64,000 nt of DNA from Candidatus Latescibacterota bacterium (GTDB lineage Bacteria > Latescibacterota > UBA2968): NCBI GenBank assembly GCA_965208125.1, contig OZ242320.1, positions 4,960,001-5,024,000 on the forward strand. Reading direction: 5' to 3'. The position numbers and the translations under genes are program-made. This document shows, piece after piece, positions 58,470 to 64,000 of the stretch. The notes beneath the pieces were generated by a model that made no database searches, was not told the DNA's origin, and worked only from the letters and a program-made list of their open reading frames with translations. Within the stretch, counting starts at the first letter, position 1, and the number at the start of each line of letters is the position of its first letter.

Positions 58470-59831
58470 TCATTTGTCTGTTTCAGGTATATCGTCAGTA
58501 GGTTTTGTTTCCTCTGCTTCCGCTTGCAAACGCGCTTGTTCTTCGCGGTAAGCAGACACTTTGTCATTAACAATTTCCTGCGCGGTCTCTCGCAACTTCT
58601 CAGCCGTCGTTTCACCGATACCAGGCACTTTGAGCAACGTATTTAAGGATACACGGACGAGGTCGTTGGCAGACAAAATACCCACGGCCTCAAGGCGATT
58701 TCGCGTTACTTGACCAGTGCCGGGAACTTCGGCCAATGGCACTGTCGTAGCCTGGCGCTCGGTTTGTATTTCCTCATAACGTGTTTCCGTCATGATATCG
58801 ACATGCCAGCCAGTCAACTGCGATGCCAAACGGGCGTTCTGCCCCTCTTTGCCAATAGCCAGAGAAAGCTGATCATCATCAACTATAGCCGACATGCGTT
58901 TTTCACGTCGGTCAATCACCACGCGGCGGACTGTGGCAGGGTTCAAAGCACGCGACAAAAAGATCGCTTCGTCGTCACTCCAGGGAACAATATCTATGCG
59001 TTCACTACTCAACTCTCGCACCACAGCCTGTACGCGCGAGCCTTTCATGCCCACGCAAGCCCCCACGGGATCTATGCGCGCATCATTGGAGTAAACAGCA
59101 ATTTTGGCCCGCACACCCGGTTCGCGCGAAACAGCCTTAATTTCGATAACGCCTTCATAAATTTCAGGGACTTCAAGCTGGAAGAGCCTTTCGAGAAATA
59201 CTGGATGTGTGCGGCTCAACACCACCTGGGGACCTTTGGCTGTACGCAAAACATCGAGCAAGTAGGCTCGAATGGGATCCCCCTGTCGATAGCGTTCCTT
59301 TCTGATTTGCTCCTTAAGCGGAATAACAGCTTCTGTTCGTCCCAGGTTGACGAGAATATCCCCCCGACTGATTTGCTGCACAGTTCCCGAAATAATCTCT
59401 CCGATGCGTCCTTGATAATCTTCGTAGATTTTCTCGCGCTCAGCTTCCCTGACCCGTTGGACGAGTACCTGTCTTGTCGTTTGAATCGCATTGCGCCCAA
59501 AATCGGCAAAATTGAGGCGAAATCTCACTTCCCCGCCGACCTTCGCATCTGTGTCTGACTTTCGCGCTTGTGTCACGCCAATTTGGATTCCCGGATCTTC
59601 GACCGAGTCGTCGGCAACAATTTCTTTAACCGCTTCAACGACAATCTCTCCAGAGTTATGGTCGAAATTGACTTCCACATTATCTCCGGTTCCAAACCGC
59701 TTTTTTGCCGCAGAGATTAACCCCATTTCAAGGGTTTCGATAACCAGGTCGCGGTTGACATTCTTTTCCTGGGCAATTTGCCTTAACGCTTCGAGAACTT
59801 CGTAATTCAAGTGAGGATCCTCCTCGACCAT
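58470..59831 (-). CDS. nusA: Transcription termination/antitermination factor NusA
   Basis: FGRNAIQ, LSRTHP.FL..LF..EVPEI, REPG.RAKIAV, DPVGACVGMKGSRV, LSLAIGKEGQNARLA, C-terminal HhH repeats. Start probably TTG 59810. Confidence 0.97.
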   Translation of the reverse strand: MVEEDPHLNYEVLEALRQIAQEKNVNRDLVIETLEMGLISAAKKRFGTGDNVEVNFDHNSGEIVVEAVKEIVADDSVEDPGIQIGVTQARKSDTDAKVGGEVRFRLNFADFGRNAIQTTRQVLVQRVREAEREKIYEDYQGRIGEIISGTVQQISRGDILVNLGRTEAVIPLKEQIRKERYRQGDPIRAYLLDVLRTAKGPQVVLSRTHPVFLERLFQLEVPEIYEGVIEIKAVSREPGVRAKIAVYSNDARIDPVGACVGMKGSRVQAVVRELSSERIDIVPWSDDEAIFLSRALNPATVRRVVIDRREKRMSAIVDDDQLSLAIGKEGQNARLASQLTGWHVDIMTETRYEEIQTERQATTVPLAEVPGTGQVTRNRLEAVGILSANDLVRVSLNTLLKVPGIGETTAEKLRETAQEIVNDKVSAYREEQARLQAEAEETKPTDDIPETDK

Positions 59832-60271
59832 TATAAATCAAAATGCACAGTGGCCTTCTGAACTTTTTCGCGTTCAACAATGGTTCTTTCACCCTGTAAC
59901 TCGACATCGAGATAATCAGCTTTGACCTGCAAAAGCGTTCCGACCACAACACCGAGGCCATCTACAACCAGGCGAAGTACTTTGCCAACCACCCGCTCAA
60001 AATCTCGGTCTGTCTTTAAGGGCCGCGTCAAGCCAGGAGATGAAACTTCGAGCAGATATGTGCCATCAATCGGATCGCGCGTATCCAACATATCTGCAAT
60101 ATCCCGACTGAGCGCGGCACATTCGTCAACTGTAATCCCATCAGGGCGATCGACAAAGATGCGTACGATTTGTCGTCTATGGCTGCCAGAAACCACTAAC
60201 TCAACCAACTCGACATCCCGACGATTGAGAAGCGGAAGAATCAGATGGGTCAGGGTGTCTTTGATAAGCAT
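59831..60271 (-). CDS. rimP: Ribosome maturation factor RimP
   Basis: RIFVDRPDGITVDEC..LSR, Y.LEVSSPGL.RPL. Confidence 0.96.
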   Translation of the reverse strand: MLIKDTLTHLILPLLNRRDVELVELVVSGSHRRQIVRIFVDRPDGITVDECAALSRDIADMLDTRDPIDGTYLLEVSSPGLTRPLKTDRDFERVVGKVLRLVVDGLGVVVGTLLQVKADYLDVELQGERTIVEREKVQKATVHFDL

Positions 60272-60330
60272 TGGGAACTCAAGACTGCCGCTTTTTTGGG
60301 GGCGGTTCTAACTACACCCATATACTCAAA

Positions 60331-60352
60331 AGAGTGGGCAGAAGCCCACTCT
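60331..60352 (-). promoter_or_regulatory. rimP leader hairpin
   Basis: AGAGTGGGC-TTCT-GCCCACTCT(TTT), resembling the GAGTGGG/CCCACTC stem conserved upstream of rimP-nusA-infB operons. Confidence 0.65.
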
Positions 60353-60366
60353 GTAATCAGAAGTTA

Positions 60367-60395
60367 AATATAGAAAATTATATAGTATAACGCAA
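60367..60395 (-). promoter_or_regulatory. Putative sigma-70 promoter of the rimP operon
   Basis: TTGCGT-N17-TATATT immediately upstream of the leader hairpin. Confidence 0.5.
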
Positions 60396-60398
60396 GTT

Positions 60399-60776
60399 TT
60401 ATTTCCCGGCATTCGATGTCTTATTCCCTTCTATCAGTTGCTTGAGTTCGACTAACATCCGCTGTAATTCAACGAGTGGATTTTCAATATCAGGCGTCGC
60501 AGCTTCAATACTCTGGTTTTCCCATAAACTGCGGTCTATCTTCAACCTTTCAACCGCCCCTCGAATCGTATATTTCTGGCCATAGAGCAAGTCCTTAATT
60601 GCCAAAATAACCTTAATATTTCGCTCTGTGTACGTGCGATTGCCCGACCGACCGCGCCTGGGATTCAGTTGAGAAAATTCCTTCTCCCAAAACCGCAGAA
60701 CATGAGATTCTACGCCGGTGAGTTCCGATACCTCGCGGATCGAATAATAGAGCTTTTTGATACCCGTTGAACGCAT
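60399..60776 (-). CDS. MerR family HTH transcriptional regulator
   Basis: KLYYSIREVSELTGVESHVLRFWEKEF.QL.P.R...GNR.Y...I..LL....YTI.GA. Confidence 0.92.
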   Translation of the reverse strand: MRSTGIKKLYYSIREVSELTGVESHVLRFWEKEFSQLNPRRGRSGNRTYTERNIKVILAIKDLLYGQKYTIRGAVERLKIDRSLWENQSIEAATPDIENPLVELQRMLVELKQLIEGNKTSNAGK

Positions 60777-60781
60777 AACTA

Positions 60782-62086
60782 TCACTTCTTTTTAAATAAG
60801 ATGCGGATGGGTGTGCCAAAAAAGTCAAACGCCTGTCTGAGTCTGCGCTCTAAAAACCGGCGGTAGTGCACGGGAACATCTTTGGGTCGCCCGGTAAAAA
60901 AGAGAATGGTTGGCGGTGCACTGCGCGGCATAACACAGAAAGACATGCGAAAGGTCCGTCCATTTTTGGTAGGCGGAGCCGTTGTTGCATTGAGATGCGT
61001 CAAAAAGTCGTTCAAATCGCCCGTTGAAATGCGACGGCGACGTTTCAGTGCCACATCCAGAGCCAGATCAATAACGCGCCAGGCGCGTTGTCCCGTAAGT
61101 GCCGAGAAAAAAACAATGGGATAGTTTTCGAGATGTACAAAGCGCGAGCGGATTTGTTGAGCTGTTTTGTCGGCTGTATGGCCGTCTTTTTCAATCAAGT
61201 CCCATTTATTGATGCCTACGATCAGTCCCTTACCCAGTGCGATGGCGCGTTCTGAAATTTTGACATCCTGTACTGTACATCCTTCCACTGCATCAATCAA
61301 CACAATCGCCACATCGGATCGCTCAAGGCTTTCCACAGTACGGAGCGAACTGTAATAATCGACTTGCTCTTTGACGCGCGTCCTCCGTCTCAAACCCGCT
61401 GTGTCAACGAGAACAAATGGCCGTCCATTGCGGTCCATCGAGAGGTCAATCGCATCGCGCGTCGTACCCGGAATCTCGCTTACCACCACCCGTTCCCGCC
61501 CCAGCAGGCGGTTCACAAAGGTAGATTTGCCCATATTCGGGCGGCCCAATACCGCAATTCGAGGAGGCAATTCTTCTTGTGAGTCGCCTTCTTCTGCTGG
61601 CAAACATGTGAGGATTTCATCCAGTAAGTCACCCGATTGCCGTCCATTGATAGCAGAAACGCACAGCGGATCGCCAAGTGCGAGACCGTAAAAGGCCGTG
61701 CCATCGGCTTCGTTCTCATCTCTATCGACTTTGTTGACAATCAGCCGATAAGGCGCGCCCGAATCGCGGATCTTGCGCGCCATAATTGCGTCGTAATCCG
61801 TAGGACCAGTCACTGCATCTACCACAAAGAGCAACAGGTCTGCCTCCCTCAAAGCAAGCTCGACCTGCCGGGAAACCAGGTCGACAATTATTTCGTCTGA
61901 ATTGGGCACATATCCGCCCGTATCAACCAGCGTAAACGTTCTGCCATTCCAGGTACACTGGGCATAGTTGCGATCGCGCGTAACACCGGGAAAGTCATCT
62001 ACCACAGCTTTGCGCTCGCCAATCAGTCGATTAAAGAGCGTTGACTTGCCGACATTTGGCCGCCCCACAATCGCCACGACGCCCAT
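60782..62086 (-). CDS. der: Ribosome biogenesis GTPase Der (EngA)
   Basis: Two G domains (GRPNVGKS...GVTRDR...DTGG; GRPNMGKS...GTTRD...DTAG) and a KH-like C-terminus (F.F.GTPI). Confidence 0.97.
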   Translation of the reverse strand: MGVVAIVGRPNVGKSTLFNRLIGERKAVVDDFPGVTRDRNYAQCTWNGRTFTLVDTGGYVPNSDEIIVDLVSRQVELALREADLLLFVVDAVTGPTDYDAIMARKIRDSGAPYRLIVNKVDRDENEADGTAFYGLALGDPLCVSAINGRQSGDLLDEILTCLPAEEGDSQEELPPRIAVLGRPNMGKSTFVNRLLGRERVVVSEIPGTTRDAIDLSMDRNGRPFVLVDTAGLRRRTRVKEQVDYYSSLRTVESLERSDVAIVLIDAVEGCTVQDVKISERAIALGKGLIVGINKWDLIEKDGHTADKTAQQIRSRFVHLENYPIVFFSALTGQRAWRVIDLALDVALKRRRRISTGDLNDFLTHLNATTAPPTKNGRTFRMSFCVMPRSAPPTILFFTGRPKDVPVHYRRFLERRLRQAFDFFGTPIRILFKKK

Positions 62087-62089
62087 TGC

Positions 62090-63556
62090 TTAATTCTCCA
62101 TCTGATGTGAGGAAATATACGGGTGCGACACAATTTCACTGCCAGCACCCACAGAAGCAGATATATCGTCAACGGCATTTTGAATGGTCTCCACCAGATC
62201 GTAAGTCCCCACAATGATCCGACAACCCACCTGTTGCTCCAGGTCTTCAAGCAAAAGATCATCTAAAAATAGACCATCGTGATTCAAGCAGTTGGGAGGT
62301 AATAGAACGGTCTCATCGCTTCTGACAGAGGCATCTGTAAGGGCGCAACCAATATCATTGCCCGATAGCAACCCAGAAACCGTTATACCTTCGCCAAGAA
62401 AGCGATTGACCACAGGTACAATGCGGGCATTAATCCAGGAAATACGGTTCAAACGTTTGACCATTGCATCTAAAAAATGCGTGCCCAACATACCCGTTAT
62501 AAGAACAAAACGCTGCGGCGGTAATGCTAAATTTTCGAGATCCTCAATCCGATTTTCAAATCCATCGACAAAGCGGCGAACCATGCCAATTCCATTTTCG
62601 ACGAGCGGAAACCCATCGTATTCAGATTGCGGAGGCACAGATTTGTCCGTCAGCAAATACATTTCATCACCCAAATACACAAAGCGCGTACCCAGACGCT
62701 TTTTTAGCATATCCTGCCACGCTGTTACCTGGCGAATTGCCATGGCTGCATCGGCTCGCGTCACGCGGTTCAAGCTGGGAAGATTTTTGCGAAACTTTGT
62801 CAGGCCCAGTGGCACAACGCCCACGGATTCAACGCACGGATGACGCGCAGCAAGATCAAAAACCGTCTGTTTAAGTGCCTGACCATCGTTGATACCCGGG
62901 CACAAGACCACTTGCGCGTGCATCTGAATCCCATGCTGGGCTAAGATATCGATTCTATCCAAAACAGGTGTTGCCCGCCTGCGACCGAGCAACTCGGCTC
63001 GCAATTTGGGATCTGTTGCGTGAACCGAAATGTACATTGGACTCAATTTTTGGTCAATAATGCGCTGAAATTCATCCTCAGATAGGTTAGTCAGCGTGAC
63101 ATAAGCCCCGTGCAGAAAAGACAATCGATAGTCGTCATCCTGGTAATACAGGGTTTTACGCAGACCTTTGGGCATCTGATGCAAAAAGCAAAAAACGCAC
63201 TTATTATCGCATTTGAGAATGGGCATATCTTCAAAATCCACGCCCAGATCATCTTCAATATCTTTTTCAATCTCAAATAAAAATCGATCCTCTCCTCGCC
63301 GCACTAAGGCCGACACGTCTTCTTCACCCATGTGAAAACGGTAATCAATGGGATCGCGCACGGGATGTCCATTGATCGTTTCTACGACATCGCCGCGCCG
63401 CAACCCAATAGCTTCCCCAATTCCATCGGGATGTACCAGACGGATTTGCAAACCGGACTCAACGCGTTCAACACTGCGCCGGCCCTCGACCTGTGCCCCT
63501 TTTATAACATCCATTTCAATTCCAGTAATTGATTGCCCGACAATACAATATTTCAA
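62090..63556 (-). CDS. PDZ plus radical-SAM-like DUF512 protein
   Basis: N-terminal PDZ-like region; CDNKCVFC; QMPKGLRKTLY..DDDYRLSFLHG.YVTLTN; QVVLCPGINDG; ENGIGM; VSGLL.G.D. Start may be 63514. Confidence 0.9.
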   Translation of the reverse strand: MKYCIVGQSITGIEMDVIKGAQVEGRRSVERVESGLQIRLVHPDGIGEAIGLRRGDVVETINGHPVRDPIDYRFHMGEEDVSALVRRGEDRFLFEIEKDIEDDLGVDFEDMPILKCDNKCVFCFLHQMPKGLRKTLYYQDDDYRLSFLHGAYVTLTNLSEDEFQRIIDQKLSPMYISVHATDPKLRAELLGRRRATPVLDRIDILAQHGIQMHAQVVLCPGINDGQALKQTVFDLAARHPCVESVGVVPLGLTKFRKNLPSLNRVTRADAAMAIRQVTAWQDMLKKRLGTRFVYLGDEMYLLTDKSVPPQSEYDGFPLVENGIGMVRRFVDGFENRIEDLENLALPPQRFVLITGMLGTHFLDAMVKRLNRISWINARIVPVVNRFLGEGITVSGLLSGNDIGCALTDASVRSDETVLLPPNCLNHDGLFLDDLLLEDLEQQVGCRIIVGTYDLVETIQNAVDDISASVGAGSEIVSHPYISSHQMEN

Positions 63557-63783
63557 TAACTTATAAGTATTTCTGAATCGATAAAAACTTACGATAAAGA
63601 AAAAATAAGGTCAAGGGAAAAGCCGACTTCCCGCAACCCACGCTTTTAATATCTGACAAGTTCAGAATATCTCTTTATCTTAGATGCTGTCAAAATACAA
63701 AAAATATTCTCCAGTCAACAAGAGCGGTTATCCCTTGTATGAAGACCTGGATAGATAAATCACTTTTGAGGAGAACATAGCCT

Positions 63784-64000
63784 ATGCCCGCCCCCCCACG
63801 CATCTCGGTTATTATTCCGGTTTTTAACGAGCAGGATGCCATAGAAAAAGTAATTGGCGATATTCCCAGTTATTTACCCACCGAAATCATCGTCGTCGAT
63901 AATGGGTCAACCGACCAAACTGCAAAATTAGCTGCAGCAATGGGCGCACGTATTATTCGAGAAAATCGCCGCGGGTACGGTTCTGCCTGTCTCGCGGGTA
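63784..64000 (+). CDS. Glycosyltransferase family 2 protein (truncated by window end)
   Basis: Manual translation MPAPPRISVIIPVFNEQDAI...EIIVVDNGSTDQT...ENRRGYGSACLAG; RBS GAGGAG. Confidence 0.9.
   Translation, partial: MPAPPRISVIIPVFNEQDAIEKVIGDIPSYLPTEIIVVDNGSTDQTAKLAAAMGARIIRENRRGYGSACLAG

Noticed and set aside
58710-59558. 282-aa plus-strand ORF, and similar long antisense ORFs such as 869-1495, 6418-7092, 17104-17745 and 42265-42894
   Set aside because: Each lies opposite a well-supported gene and has no recognisable motif; these are shadow ORFs.

Overview
Chromosomal window from a diderm bacterium. FCB-superphylum affinity (Latescibacterota/Gemmatimonadota-like) is inferred from the GWxTD, lamin-tail/FlgD-Ig and GLPGLI proteins and was not verified by search. 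The window appears to span the replication terminus: a canonical 28-bp dif site lies at 44999-45026, gene orientation converges nearby (mostly + before ~47.2 kb, - after), and GGGNAGGG (KOPS-like) octamers point toward it. Housekeeping blocks are ruvX-mltG-pcrA-gatC-pyrG-lptCAB-rpoN, gcvT, and der-rimP-nusA-infB-rbfA-truB-ribF-rpsO-pnp-asnS-leuS. The most unusual content is: (1) a 14-kb six-gene RND/ABC hybrid exporter operon in which an AcrB-type RND subunit is fused to an ABC ATPase whose nucleotide-binding domain is interrupted by a ~175-aa membrane insert, alongside an ABC-permease/pseudo-M1-peptidase/golvesin-like fusion; (2) an AT-rich HTH plus coiled-coil gene beside dif carrying clustered ATGGAA repeats; (3) a CYTH-CHAD-ParA operon, a candidate polyphosphate-granule positioning system; (4) a twice-repeated small structured element between convergent genes; (5) a consensus sigma-54 promoter in front of a secreted four-lamin-tail protein; (6) a divergent pyrG in a locus lacking the kds genes. 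No rRNA, tRNA, CRISPR array or transposase was recognised. All calls come from manual motif reading; no database searches were run.
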